A DNA stretch of 64,000 nt from Octopus sinensis (lineage: Eukaryota). The stretch is taken from positions 13,950,001-14,014,000 of the forward strand of contig NC_042999.1 in assembly GCF_006345805.1 (NCBI RefSeq), given 5' to 3'. Every line of letters begins with the position of its first letter. Position 1 is the first letter of the stretch. The translations under genes and the position numbers were made by a program. Shown here in pieces: positions 12,431-25,464 of this stretch. Below the pieces are notes generated by a model. It was not told where the DNA came from, searched no databases, and was given only the letters and a program-made list of their open reading frames with translations.

Positions 12431-13639
12431 TATATATATATATATATATACACACATACACATGCACACACACAGATATATATATATATACACACACATA
12501 CACACGCACACACACACATATATATATATATATATACGCATATACGCACATGCATAGATGTATGCTACCATAACTAACTGAACTGGCATGCTCTCCAAAC
12601 AAGATTAACAGAATAAACATATACGTATATATATATATATCCTTGTAGAATTTGTATATGTGTGTATGTATGTGTGTGTGTGTATGTAGAACATATTTCC
12701 AAGAAACCTGTCTTGGCACATTACTAATACATAACAGTTGTTTTAAAGAGCTGATATCCTTTGGGTATATCTGACTTACTTTATATAAGTGTTACACACA
12801 CACACACGCACACACATCTATATATATTTATATACATATGCTTGTATATATGTATGCATATATACACATATATATTATTTTACACACACACACACACTCA
12901 TATATCTTTGTGGAACTTTTATAAATGATCTTCATCTTGATAGTTAAAGCTGAACTGAGAACATATGGATGAAATCTTATAATACAAATCAGGTAAGAGT
13001 TCCACCCTAATTAAATGTTTCCTTTATCACTTTTAGTTAATCATCATCATCCATCATCATCACTTAGAAACTAACTGCCCACTAGCATAGAAACAATGAC
13101 AACAACAACAACAACAAGACCACGAAAAACAACAATAACTACAAGAAAACCAAAATCCATGCAAAAACACCAGCACTGCTACCCACACCGTCATATGCAC
13201 AACTAATTAAACAGCTCTACAAACAAATGAAGGAACATCAGCAACCAACAAGCCAGCCAAACCAAACAACACCACCACCAGCGCCACCAAGAACAGAACC
13301 AACACCATCATCGCCACCAGCAACAACAACTGTTCAAGAATTTAGACCTGGAGATCTCCATTTCCAGTGACTTCGAGGGCCACCGCCCAGTGGTGTCGGG
13401 TGTCAACAAAGAGCCCTCAACTACAAGAAGATGACCAAAAATCTTTTTTTTCTAAGGTCTGGAGTCTCCAGACCCTAAGCCCTGGACCATCACCTAATCA
13501 CCCTTACCCGTCTTGTTGCTTAACAACAACAACAACAACCAACAACAACAACTCCAAAGGAAGCAGAGGAAACCAAAAAGACTCATACCCATAACCAGCG
13601 CATTTAAGAGTACCCTTCAATCACTGGACAATAAACAAC

Positions 13640-14112
13640 ATTTGTGAAGACCTGTTAAGGCAAGTGAAATCGTTGTCATGGCCAATGACAGTACCGCCTG
13701 ACTGGCTCCCATGCTGGTGGCATGTAAAAAGTACCTTTCAAGCGTGATCATTGACAGCATCGCCTGATGGGCTCCTGTGCCGGTGGTGTGTAAAAAACAC
13801 TATTTGAACGTGGTCGTTGCCAGTGCTGCCAGACTGGCTCCTGTCCAGGTGGCACATAAAATATACCATTTGAGTGTGGCCGTTGCCAGTACTGCTTGAC
13901 TAGCCTTTGTGCTGGTAGCACTTAAAAGTACCCACTACACTCTCAGAGTGGTTGGTGTTAGGAAGGGCATCCAGCTGTAGAAACTCTGCCAGATCAGATT
14001 GGAGCCTGGTGCAGCCTTCTGGTGCAGCCTTCTGGCTTGCCAGCCCTCAGCCAAACCATCCAACCCATGTCAGCATGGAAAACAGATGTTAAATGATGAC
14101 GATGATGATGAT
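13640..14112 (+). mobile_element. RTE-LINE 3' UTR copy with about 4 diverged units
   Basis: tgtgaagacctgttaaggcaagtgaaatc start matches 10760; same terminus and GAT tail. Confidence 0.88.
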
Positions 14113-14685
14113 ACACTCAACAGATTAGGCTGTTGGAAAAGAAGAAATCCTAACATCGGGTTACAACAATTAACCTTAGATGCCAAGAACCCTCCTAAGT
14201 ATCCTAGCTGTCTCTAATAACACTGTTTTCAGCAGCTGTACTAAACTGGGTTTTATGCCCATTTCCTCCATCCATCTGTTCAAATCTTTAGGGATAGTTC
14301 CTAATGCACCTATAACCACTGAGATACATTTTATCCACACTTTCCATAGTCTCTGTAATTCAATGGCTAGATTCTGGTACTTTGCTATTGTTTCTATACC
14401 TCTCACATTGATTTTTCATAATTTGGGACTGTAAAGTCAATTATCTGGCACTTTCTATTCTCTTTATCTACTAATACTAAATCAAGTCTTCTAGCTTCTA
14501 TTACTCTGTCAGTCTGAATGTCAAAGTCCCACAACATCTTATATTTCTTAATTTCTAGTACTTTACTCGGTTCATGTTCATACATTTATCAGTATGTTCA
14601 AATCTTAACTTTCTACATAACTCCCAGTGGATTACTCTCCCTAGGTTGTTATGTCTTTTCTTGTATTCTTTCTGTGCCAGCACAC

Positions 14686-14690
<5 letters not shown>
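14113..14690 (-). mobile_element. R4/Dong-like non-LTR element, REL domain 3' fragment
   Basis: MLWDFDIQTDRVIEARRLDLVLVDK...IIDF...KYQNLAIELQRLW...VVIGALGTIP...TARILRRVL; abuts (ATT)n. Confidence 0.85.
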
Positions 14691-14753
<63 letters not shown>

Positions 14754-14811
14754 TAGTTTTATTTCTATAGCATGCTTTCACTATAATAATAATAATAATA
14801 TAATAATAATA

Positions 14812-15371
14812 ATAAATGCCCTGATGCAGTACCAGGCAGTGGCTCTCATGGCTTCTGATCTTAACTGATTGGAAGTGTTATCATATACATTGTTTTGTCT
14901 TGGTATAAAAGATGGGCTACAGAAAATATTCTGCTCAATACCAAAGATTTGCTTGTCAGTTGTTTGACCTTAACCAGTTGAGCATGTCCCTTAGTGGCTG
15001 ACAATATGTGCATCTCTGATCATGAGCAGAAGTAGTGGGGGAGCATCATAGCCATGTGTTGAGAGGGATTCTTTGGGGTTTGAATAATTCACCTCTAGAA
15101 ACATGGGTGGTTCTTTCAACATCCTTAAACAACCCTTATTCAGGGACCTTTTGAGCGGGATGGGCTACTCAACCTGAAGAAAATTCTAACTGGGCCCCAC
15201 CTGCAAGGTCATGCGCTGTTTATCTTGATATGAGATCACCATGTCGCGCACATATGGTTGTGATGCATGTGCCTGGTGTACCCTTATCAGACGGGTAGTC
15301 ATGATGGGTATATTGGGCTTCGTATATTTTACCCCAGTATCACTTTGATGGCATGAACTGCTCTCTCACTC

Positions 15372-15372
<1 letters not shown>
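14812..15372 (+). mobile_element. ~560-bp non-coding dispersed element embedded in (AAT)n
   Basis: Near-identical inverted copy at 60900-61440; both flanked by AAT/ATT runs; no long ORF. Confidence 0.85.
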
Positions 15373-15424
<52 letters not shown>

Positions 15425-15428
<4 letters not shown>

Positions 15429-15590
15429 GACAACATCGAAAGATACCTTAGGAATGAGAACCCAGGTTCGAAATTTCCCAAAGACACATGATGAAGGCTG
15501 GAGAGTATATCAGCTGAAACATGTTAACAACAAACAAGATGAGGACAAATATCCATCAAATATAAATAATGTAAATAATGTAAATATCTC
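15425..15590 (+). mobile_element. Penelope-like terminal fragment with decayed hammerhead-like motif
   Basis: acacATGATGAaGGCTG gagagtatat CAGCtGAAAcatgt; class assignment is inference. Confidence 0.45.
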
Positions 15591-15739
15591 TAAATCTGCT
15601 TGAAAATAGTTTCTTGCACAACAAAATCATAACTCAAATAATTATATTTATAAATCTTGTCAACTCTATTTTAACATGGGCTTATCAGTTTTGTTCCATC
15701 TCTAGTAATATCGAAACTGAATTTATGATATGAAGATAT

Positions 15740-15920
15740 TTAGTTGGCCTTGTTCCATTCTCTACGATTGTAATGCATGAATTCATTTTTATAGGTCATC
15801 TTGGATAACTTCAGCATCCCTTGATGTGAGGTCAAGCGATTAATATCACTTCATCCTTTATTACATGTTTCATTTTAATCAGATTTCTCTCTGAGTGATT
15901 TCTGGTTTTGTATTTTCTTT
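15740..15920. repeat. Unclassified dispersed repeat, second copy at about 22105-22285
   Basis: gcatgaattcatt.ttata...attaatatcactt...tttcattttaatcag shared between the two loci. Confidence 0.6.
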
Positions 15921-16149
15921 GAGCTGTTCTATTTGTTATAATGTCAATGAACTGGAAGAAGAATTAAGGAAACGTGACTGGAAGACGAATCAAAGAAACA
16001 CTTCGGAATGGTTTGAAAAAACAGCTGACTTAGTGGACCCACCATTATCAAACTGAAATCTCAAAATAATTAATTGCTTTGCATATTAAATGTTGCACAT
16101 GGAACCAGTATCCTGATTCTTCGAATGTTTACAGTGATTGCCAAATGCC

Positions 16150-17330
16150 ATACATCACACACGTATGTATACATACATATGTACACACATATGCATGCGT
16201 ATATACATACATACATACATACATACATACATACATACATGCATACATACATACATACATGCATACATACATGCATACATACATACGTATATACATACAT
16301 ACATACATACATACATGCATACATACATATGTACACACACACATATGCACACTCACATATGCATGCATACATACATAGATACATGCATATATACATACAT
16401 AGATACATGCATACATATATATATATACATATACGTGCATACATATATACATACACACACATGCATACATACATACATACATACACATACATGCACACAT
16501 GCATGCCTGTATACATACATACATAAACATGCATACCCGCACATATAAACATCCATCCATTCATACATATGCATACATACAAACATGTGTGCATACATAT
16601 ATACATACACACACACACACATATACATGCATACATACACACATGCATGCATGCCTGTATACATACATAACATACATACCCACACATACAAATATCCCTC
16701 CATCCATCCATCCATCCATCCTTACATACATATTACATACATACATACTACATACATACATACATACATGCATACATACATACATACATGCATACATACA
16801 TGCATACATACATACGTATATACATACATACATACATACATACATGCATACATACATATGTACACACACACATATGCACACTCACATATGCATGCATACA
16901 TACATAGATACATGCATATATACATACATAGATACATGCATACATATATATATATACATATACGTGCATACATATATACATACACACACATGCATACATA
17001 CATACATACATACACATACATGCACACATGCATGCCTGTATACATACATACATAAACATGCATACCCGCACATATAAACATCCATCCATTCATACATATG
17101 CATACATACAAACATGTGTGCATACATATATACATACACACACACACACATATACATGCATACATACACACATGCATGCATGCCTGTATACATACATAAA
17201 CATACATACCCACACATACAAATATCCCTCCATCCATCCATCCATCCATCCTTACATACATATATACATACATACATACATATACATACATATTCACATA
17301 CATACATATATACATGCCTAAAGCAAAACA
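16150..17330. repeat. (TACA/TGCA)n composite microsatellite with ~529-bp tandem duplication
   Basis: aatatccctccatccatcc at 16691 and 17221; paired pseudo-ORFs 16499/17028 and 16585/17114. Confidence 0.95.
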
Positions 17331-17384
17331 CACAGACCCGTGCATGCACTGACTCCAAATACTTGCACATGTACACACATGAAT

Positions 17385-17500
17385 GCACAACTACCCTGCT
17401 GATGCTGTTGAAATACCAATGAAGGAAACTTGGATCTAGGTTAGAAACTGACATTTTCTCTATTACTAAGGAATCTTGAAATAAAACTAAATAGCATACA
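17385..17500 (+). mobile_element. Family X 3' terminus (diverged)
   Basis: ccctgctgatgctgttgaaataccaatgaagg...gatctaggttagaaac...gaatcttgaaataaaact then CATA. Confidence 0.7.
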
Positions 17501-17550
17501 CACATAGATACATGCATACATACATATATACATACATACATACATACACA

Positions 17551-17769
17551 TACGAGGGTGTTCTGAAAAGTTGTGGCCTTAAGTGTATCACAAATGGCCT
17601 GGCTGGAGGCCCAACCTTCCGAGTTCTTGTACAAGGCTTAGAAAAATTGAAGCACAGTTGCAATAAGTGTGTGTATCTGAGTGGGGAATATGTTGAATAA
17701 AATCATTATTAACTGATCCCCCTGGATTTTCTTTTACCCAAACTCAGGAACTTTTTAACACCTGTCGTA
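17551..17769 (+). mobile_element. Mariner-derived MITE
   Basis: Imperfect TIRs tacgagggtgttctgaaaagtt / aactttttaacacctgtcgta; internal GLEKLKHSCNKCVYLSGEYVE* resembles a mariner C-terminus. Confidence 0.75.
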
Positions 17770-17856
17770 TTAATTGAAAGTAGGGACACCATATTTCGTT
17801 GTGTAACTATAATATGCAACCCAGTATATATATACTCTCACACACACACACACACA

Positions 17857-18072
17857 CATGAGGGAGTGCTGAAAAGTTCCTGGTTTTAAGGATCTCATGA
17901 AAGGCCTGGTTGGAGGCCTAACCTTCTGAGTTCTTTTTCAGGGCTCAGAAAAACTGAAGGACTGCAGCAATAAGTGTGTGAATCTGAGAGGGGAATACAT
18001 GGGATAAAATCATAAACTGATCCTCCTGTATTTTCTTTAATCCAAATCCAGGAACTTTTCAGCAACTTCTCC
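17857..18072 (+). mobile_element. Second copy of the mariner-derived MITE
   Basis: gctgaaaagttcctgg / ccaggaacttttcagc TIRs; colinear with 17551-17769. Confidence 0.75.
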
Positions 18073-18333
18073 TATGTGTGGGACTTTTCTTTATTAAAAG
18101 CAACGAACCCAACAAAATATATGTTGTTTTGTTCTGACAGTCTCTCACGATGAAACAACTTGCCATTTGTTTGGGGTCACTGTTTTTAAAAAAGCATATT
18201 GATGTTCTGTCCAGACACTTTGAGCTCATCTTTATGTTGTAGAAAAATAGAATGCTCAGTACATAATCAGAAGCCAAAAAGAATGCACAAAATAGTAACT
18301 AGGATAGTAACATAGTAACAAAATAGTAACGTA

Positions 18334-19092
18334 AGTGTAGGAGTGGCTGTGTGGTAAGTAGCTTGCTTGTGAACCACATGGTTCGGGGTTCAGTCCCACT
18401 GCATGGCATCTTGGGCAAGTGTCTTCTACTATAGCCTCGGGCTGACCAAAGCCTTGTGAGTGGATTTTTTAGATGGAAATTGAAAAGAAGCCCATCATAT
18501 ATATGTATAAGGCGCATGGCTCAGTGGTTAGAGCGTCGAGCTGACGATCGTGAGGTTGTGAGCTCGAATCCCGGACCGGGCTGCGTGTTGTGTTCTTGAA
18601 CAAGGCACTTTATTTCACGTTGCTCCAGTTCACTCAGCTGTAGAAATGAGTTGCGACGTCACAGGTGCCAAGCTGTATCGGCCTTTGTCTTTCCCTTGGA
18701 TAACACTGGTGGCGTGGAGAGGGGAGGCTGGTATGCATGGGCGACTGCTGGTCTTCCATAAACAACCTTGCCCAGACTTGTGTCTAGGAGGGTAACTTTC
18801 TAGGTGCAATCCCATGGTCACTCATGACCGAAGGGGGTCTTTATATTATATTATTTATGTGTGTGTATGTGTTTGTATGTCTGTGTTTGTCCCCCACCCC
18901 CCAGCCTCATTTGGCAACTGATACTGGTGTGCTAATGTCCCTGTAACTTAGCAGTTTGACAAAAGAGACCGATAGAGTAAATACTAGGCTTACAAAGAAT
19001 AAGTCCTGGGGTCAATTTGCTCGACTAAAGGCGGTACTCCAGGATGGCCACAGTCACATGACTGAAACAAGTAAAAGAGTAAAAGAGTAAAA
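18334..19092 (+). mobile_element. SINE-A split by a nested SINE in its central microsatellite
   Basis: 5' half 18334-18510, 3' half 18844-19092. Confidence 0.88.
18511..18843 (+). mobile_element. tRNA-derived SINE-V (V-domain-like), full length
   Basis: A box tggctcagtgg, B box gagctcgaatccc, then tgtgttcttgaacaaggcactt resembling the V-SINE core (inference). Confidence 0.8.
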
Positions 19093-19241
19093 AAGTATAT
19101 ATATTACTATGTCTGGAATAGTCTCTGTAAGAAATTTCGCCATATACAAAAATTTGCCACAGGACAAATTTGCCATATGGATAATGATAAAGTGTTTTAT
19201 ATCAGCATTTCTTAGAATTAAATAAAAATAATAATAATAAT

Positions 19242-21920
19242 AAGAGTACTCAGAGAGCACAAATCTCCTCCAAGGCAATACCAACATCCTCTCAATAGTT
19301 AGCCTGAGATTATTTTTAAAATGAGAATATCTGAAATAAACTCACCCGCTCTCACAAATGAGAATATTAAAAGTGAACCCGACCTCTCTCAAAAATTAAG
19401 TAAAAAACAGGTAAAATAATTCCGAGTCCTTGTCTGGTATCGGGATTATTTTACTTGTTTACCAAAATCTAATTTTACCTGTTTACCAAAATCCCATTTT
19501 ACCTGTTTACCAAAATCTAATTTTACCTGTTTAACAAAATCCAATTTTACCTGTTTACCAAAATTTAATTTTACCAAAATCTAATTTTACCTGTTTACCA
19601 AAATCCAATTTTACCTGTTTACCAAAATCTAATTTTACCAAAATCTAATTTTACCTGTTTACCAAAATCCAATTTTACCTGTTTACCAAAATTTAATTTT
19701 ACCAAAATCTAATTTTACCTGTTTACCAAAATCTAATTTTACCTGTTTACCAAAATCTAATTTTACCAAAATCTAATTTTACCTGTTTACCAAAATCTAA
19801 TTTTACCGTTACCAAAATCTAATTTTACCAAAATCTAATTACCTGTTACCAAAATCTAATTTTACCTGTTTACCAAAATCTAATTTTACCTGTTTACCAA
19901 AATCTAATTTTACCAAAATCTAATTTTACCTTTTTACCAAAATCTAATTTTACCTGTTTACCAAAATCTAATTTTACCAAAATCTAATTTTACCTGTTTA
20001 CCAAAATCCCATTTTACCTGTTTACCAAAATCTAATTTTACCAAAATCTAATTTTACCTGTTTACCAAAATCCCATTTTACCTGTTTACCAAAATCTAAT
20101 TTTACCTGTTTACCAAAATCCCATTTTACCTGTTTACCAAAATCTAATTTTACCTGTTTACCAAAATCCCATTTTACCTGTTTACCAAAATCTAATTTTA
20201 CCTGTTTACCAAAATCTAATTTTACCTGTTTACCAAAATTTAATTTTACCAAAATCTAATTTTACCTGTTTACCAAAATCCAATTTTACCTGTTTACCAA
20301 AATCTAATTTTACCAAAATCTAATTTTACCTGTTTACCAAAATCCCATTTTACCTGTTTACCAAAATCTAATTTTGCCAAAATCTAATTTTACCTGTTTA
20401 ACAAAATCCAATTTTACCTGTTTACCAAAATTTAATTTTACCAAAATCTAATTTTATCTGTTTACCAAAATCCAATTTTACCTGTTTACCAAAATTTAAT
20501 TTTACCAAAATCTAATTTTACCTGTTTACCAAAATCTAATTTTACCTGTTTACCAAAATCTAATTTTACCTGTTTACCAAAATCTAATTTTACCAAAATC
20601 TAATTTTACCTTTTTACCAAAATCCAATTTTACCTGTTTACCAAAATTTAATTTTACCAAAATCTAATTTTACCTGTTTACCAAAATCTAATTTTACCTG
20701 TTTACCAAAATCTAATTTTACCAAAATCTAATTTTACCAAAATCTAATTTTACCAAAATCTAATTTTACCAAAATCTAATTTTACCTTTTTACCAAAATC
20801 CAATTTTACCTGTTTACCAAAATCTAATTTTACCAAAATCTAATTTTACCTGTTTAACAAAATCCAATTTTACCTGTTTACCAAAATTTAATTTTACCAA
20901 AATCTAATTTTACCTGTTTACCAAAATCTAATTTTACCAAAATCTAATTTTACCTTTTTACCAAAATCTAATTTTACCTGTTTACCAAAATCTAATTTTA
21001 CCTGTTTACCAAAATCCCATTTTACCTGTTTACCAAAATCTAATTTTACCTGTTTACCAAAATCCCATTTTACCTGTTTACCAAAATCTAATTTTACCAA
21101 AATCTAATTTTACCTGTTTACCAAAATCCCATTTTACCTGTTTACCAAAATCTAATTTTACCTGTTTACCAAAATCCCATTTTACCTGTTTACCAAAATC
21201 TAATTTTACCTGTTTACCAAAATCTAATTTTACCTGTTTACCAAAATCCCATTTTACCTGTTTACCAAAATCTAATTTTACCTGTTTACCAAAATCTAAT
21301 TTTACCTGTTTACCAAAATTTAATTTTACCAAAATCTAATTTTACCTGTTTACCAAAATCCAATTTTACCTGTTTACCAAAATCTAATTTTACCAAAATC
21401 TAATTTTACCTGTTTACCAAAATCCCATTTTACCTGTTTACCAAAATCTAATTTTACCTGTTTACCAAAATCCCATTTTACCTGTTTACCAAAATCTAAT
21501 TTTACCTGTTTAACAAAATCCAATTTTACCTGTTTACCAAAATTTAATTTTACCAAAATCTAATTTTATCTGTTTACCAAAATCCAATTTTACCTGTTTA
21601 CCAAAATTTAATTTTACCAAAATCTAATTTTACCTGTTTACCAAAATCTAATTTTACCAAAATCTAATTTTACCTTTTTACCAAAATCCAATTTTACCTG
21701 TTTACCAAAATTTAATTTTACCAAAATCTAATTTTACCTGTTTACCAAAATCCAATTTTACCTGTTTACCAAAATCCAATTTTACCTGTTCACCAAAATC
21801 TAATGAGTTCATACCAGTCACAAGGCCAAACATCCCTGAAAGTTTCACCCGAATCCATACAGCGGTTCTTGAGGTATCTTGTCCACGGACGAACAAACAA
21901 ACAAACATGACTGAAAACAG
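19242..21920 (+). mobile_element. Non-autonomous element (HINE/DINE-like, inferred) hosting a minisatellite
   Basis: Non-repetitive flanks 19242-19450 and 21805-21920 read as one interrupted element ending in (CAAA)n; the ccaaaatctaat motif occurs at both array edges. Class is recalled, not verified. Confidence 0.5.
19451..21804. repeat. ~2.35-kb minisatellite of 24-bp (ccaaaatctaattttacctgttta) and 16-bp (ccaaaatctaatttta) units
   Basis: Direct reading; yields spurious KQVKLDFG ORFs on the minus strand. Confidence 0.98.
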
Positions 21921-22631
21921 GTTAAAAGGTATTATAAAATGTCAAACATTAAAAACATAGGACGAGGATATTTAAAATGAAATTTCTCACGGGCAAATTT
22001 TCCTACAGTAATAAAGTCGCCAGTGAGATTTCCTATAACTCAACAAAAACAAATCTCGATTTGAGGTAAACTAAAAAAAAAACAACTTAATATTGCAATA
22101 TCTTGACCTCGATTTATTCTCTATGCTTTCAAGGCATGAATTCATTCTTATATAGATTGACTTGGATAGCTTCAATATTCCTTGAGGCAAGGTGAAGTCA
22201 TTAATATCACTTTATTTTTTACTACGTTTCATTTTAATCAGTTTTCTCACCGAGAGACTTGTAGTTTTGTAATTTTTTTCAACATGATTTTATGGCTCCA
22301 CATATTGCACTAAAAATACACACACACACACACACACATACACGTATTTATAACAGTATAATAAAAGTTATATATATCATAACACAATGGTTCGTCATGT
22401 TTCATAAACTGTTAGGCATTTCATAAACTTTATTACTGCACATTATGAATATATTTAGCTTTTAGTAGAGTAAAGGGTATGCAGTGACAATTGCGTTGCA
22501 AACTGTAACATGCACACACACGTGTGTGTGTGTATGTGTGTGTACATATGTATGTTCTTCTCTGTTTTTGATTATTTGAAATCTTCCTCTAAGGAAGGAA
22601 CTGATGTCTAACAATGATGCAAGACTTTGTT

Positions 22632-22935
22632 GTTTGAATCACCATCATCATCATTGTTTAACATCTGCTTTCCATGGTAGCATGGGTTGGATGGTTTGAC
22701 TGAGGACTGGCAAACCAGATGGCTGCACCAGGCTCCAATCTTGATCTGGCAGAGTTTCTACAGCTGGATGCCCTTCCTAGTGCCAACCACTCCGAAAGGG
22801 TAGTGGGTGCTTTTATGTGCCACCGGCATGAGGGCCAGTCAGGTGGTACTGGCAACGGCCATGCTCAAATGGTGCTTTTTATGTGCCACATGCACAAGAG
22901 CCAGTCCAGCGGCACTGGCAATAACCTCGCTTGAA
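22632..22935 (-). mobile_element. RTE-LINE 3' end
   Basis: Reverse complement of the conserved terminus. Confidence 0.85.
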
Positions 22936-23613
22936 AAACCTGTCACAGTTTAAACTTGAGAAAAGTCTTGCATATTTTTACTGTTCCACTTATAGATTGC
23001 AATTGTAATGTGTAAGTTAGTTGGTTGATTTCTTTTTCTGAAAACCCTAGCTCACCAAAATTGTTAATTGGGCATTAACCAAATGCACTAATTAATTGGT
23101 TTAAATGTAAATTTATAATATGGCTAATTATGTATGTCTACTACACAATCATCTGCATGTATGTATGTGCATATGTAATGTGTAAACATGCAAACCACAC
23201 AACATGGAAATTTATCCTTCAAACAGCCTGATACACAAACTTTCATAATCTTTGGATTAAGACCCAAAGTTCAAGAAGGGTAGACTGTAAAAGTGTTGGC
23301 TGTTCCTTGACAGATTTGCGCGGAGGTGGTACCATGGCCAATCAGGTAAATCCAAGGTGTGGTTATTGCTAGTTGAAAACCCGACAGATTTGTGGTCGAG
23401 CCTGTGGCAGTGGAGACTGTCGGTGTTCTCAGCCACCACATCACATCCCTACTCACTGCTGCCAGAGTAGGGATGCCTATCTACTAGTTCAAGTCCTGTC
23501 AGTCAGTCAGAGTGGCTGTTCCAATGCATATCCCTTGCCATTCTCTAGGGCAATGCCTTTTCTAGTTTGTCTGCTGGGACCATGAGATGGACCGACAGGC
23601 CTTTTTAGATATT

Positions 23614-23990
23614 ACTAGCAGTATTACCCGGCGTTGCTCGTTTAAAATTGGAATTTTTGAAAAGTAAAAATTTTGCATTATGTAGCTTGTTATTCTCTTT
23701 AAGTGAACATTTTTCTGGTTGAAATACACCAAAAAATGGCGACACAGCAGTAAAAAAATCGTAAAAAGTAAGGATTTTCATAGAATAAAAGCACCTTTTT
23801 GTTGTAAATAATTTTTGGTGTTAACATGGTCTGATTTGAAATTTTTCTTCTACGGAAGGAAGAGCAAGCCTTCTTCTATCTTACTCTCAATTTTGGTCAA
23901 CTTGCACTGCAGGGTCTCGGAGGAGATAGTGATAGTTGAAGGCTACCAAACCTGCCATACACAGACAACTTCAGATTTATATATAGAGAG
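23614..23990 (+). mobile_element. Helitron/Helentron-like non-autonomous element
   Basis: Starts actagcagtattacccggcgttgctcg and ends cagacaacttcagatttatatatag, termini typical of HINE-like elements (inference). Confidence 0.5.
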
Positions 23991-24004
23991 ATTTGTTATT
24001 TCTT

Positions 24005-24260
24005 ACTTTCATCATAACCATTATCATCATCATTTAATGTTTGCTTTCCATGCTGGCATAAGTTGGACAGTTTGATAGGAACTGGCTAACTGGAGGGCTG
24101 CACCAGGCTCCACTCATCTGTTCTGGCATGGTTTCTATGGCTTGATGCCCTCCCAAATGGCAATCACTTTACAGAGTGTACTGGGTACCTTTTATGCGAT
24201 GCCAGCACAGGTGCTTTTAATGTGATGCTGACTCTCTATGTGTAACTGGCATAGATGCTT
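24005..24260 (-). mobile_element. RTE-LINE 3' end, degenerate
   Basis: catcatc...gctttccatgctggcat...gcttgatgccctccc. Confidence 0.7.
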
Positions 24261-24274
24261 CTTACATGGCACTT

Positions 24275-25070
24275 CTCTTTTACACTTTTACTTGCTTCAG
24301 TCATTTGACTGCGGCCATGCAGGAGCACCGCCTTTAGTCGAGCAAATCAACACAAGGGCTTATTCTTTGTAAACCTAGTACTTATTCTATCGGTCTCTTT
24401 TGCTGAGCCACTAAGTCACGGGGACGTAAACACACTAGCATCGGTTGTCAAGCAATGTTGGGGGGACAAACACAGACACACAAACATGCACACACATATA
24501 TATACGTATATCGTATTATACATATATCAAACACACACATATATATACATATATTGTAGGGTGACCTGCTGTGCTTGAGGAAACCTATTGAGTCAAGTAC
24601 GTCAACATCAGCATCAAAATAAAACTCAAATGGAAATTGTAGTTATGATACCTGTGCTGGTGGCACATAAAAAGCACCATCTGAACATGGCCGTTTGCCA
24701 GCCGCCTCTGGCCTCTGTGTCAGTGGCACGTAAAAAGCCCCACAACACTAACGGAGTGGTTGGCGTTAGGAAGGGCATCCAGCTGTAGGAACACTGCCAG
24801 ATCAGACTGTATCTGGTGCAGCCTCCTGGCTTCCCAGACTCCAGTTGAACCGTCCAACCCATGCTAGCATGGAAAATGGATGTTAAACGATGATGATGAT
24901 ACATATATGCGATGGGCTTCTTTTCAGTTTCTGTCTTCCAAATCCACTCGCAAGGCTTTGGTCAACTTGAGGCTACAGTAGAAAACACTTGCCCAAGGTG
25001 CCATGCAGTGGGACTGAACCCGGAACCATGTGGTTTGTAAGCAAGCTACTTACCACACAGCCACTCCTAT
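24275..25070 (-). mobile_element. SINE-A split by an RTE 3'-end insertion
   Basis: 3' half 24275-24556 and 5' half 24901-25070 flank the insert at the central microsatellite. Confidence 0.85.
24558..24900 (+). mobile_element. RTE-LINE 3' end nested in SINE-A
   Basis: Conserved terminus plus gatgatgat tail. Confidence 0.85.
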
Positions 25071-25389
25071 GTAAAATTTATGTAAATCTACATAGGCACC
25101 ACTTTTCCCCATGTTCTTTGCATGTCACCAAATAAATAAATATAGATTACATTTGTGCAATAAAAAAAATGAGTGACTAACACATCTCTCTTATCTTTCT
25201 TTATTCTATAGAAAAGAAAAAAAGAAAAAAATATTTTTAATACTGAGTGGTTTTGAACATCATTTATGCAGTTTCCTACATACAAAACCTCTTTAGAAAT
25301 ACCATAACAAGATCAATTGTTGTATTTTTATTGCTTTTATAGATCTTCTATAAACAGGCACTTGTATGTAAAATTTATTTTTTCTTTAT

Positions 25390-25417
25390 CGAACCATCAT
25401 CATCATTGTCATCATCG

Positions 25418-25464
<47 letters not shown>

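Noticed and set aside
18511-18585. tRNA gene (also heads at 27585, 41800-41878, 52540-52601)
   Set aside because: A/B boxes continue into SINE bodies; no complete cloverleaf or T-run terminator.
20022-21908. KQVKLDFG repeat proteins
   Set aside because: Translations of the 24-bp minisatellite, broken by every 16-bp unit.
23240-23600. GC-richer Cys-rich ORFs as a host exon
   Set aside because: No clear splice signals; weak resemblance to a decayed RTE C-terminus on the minus strand, too degenerate to call.
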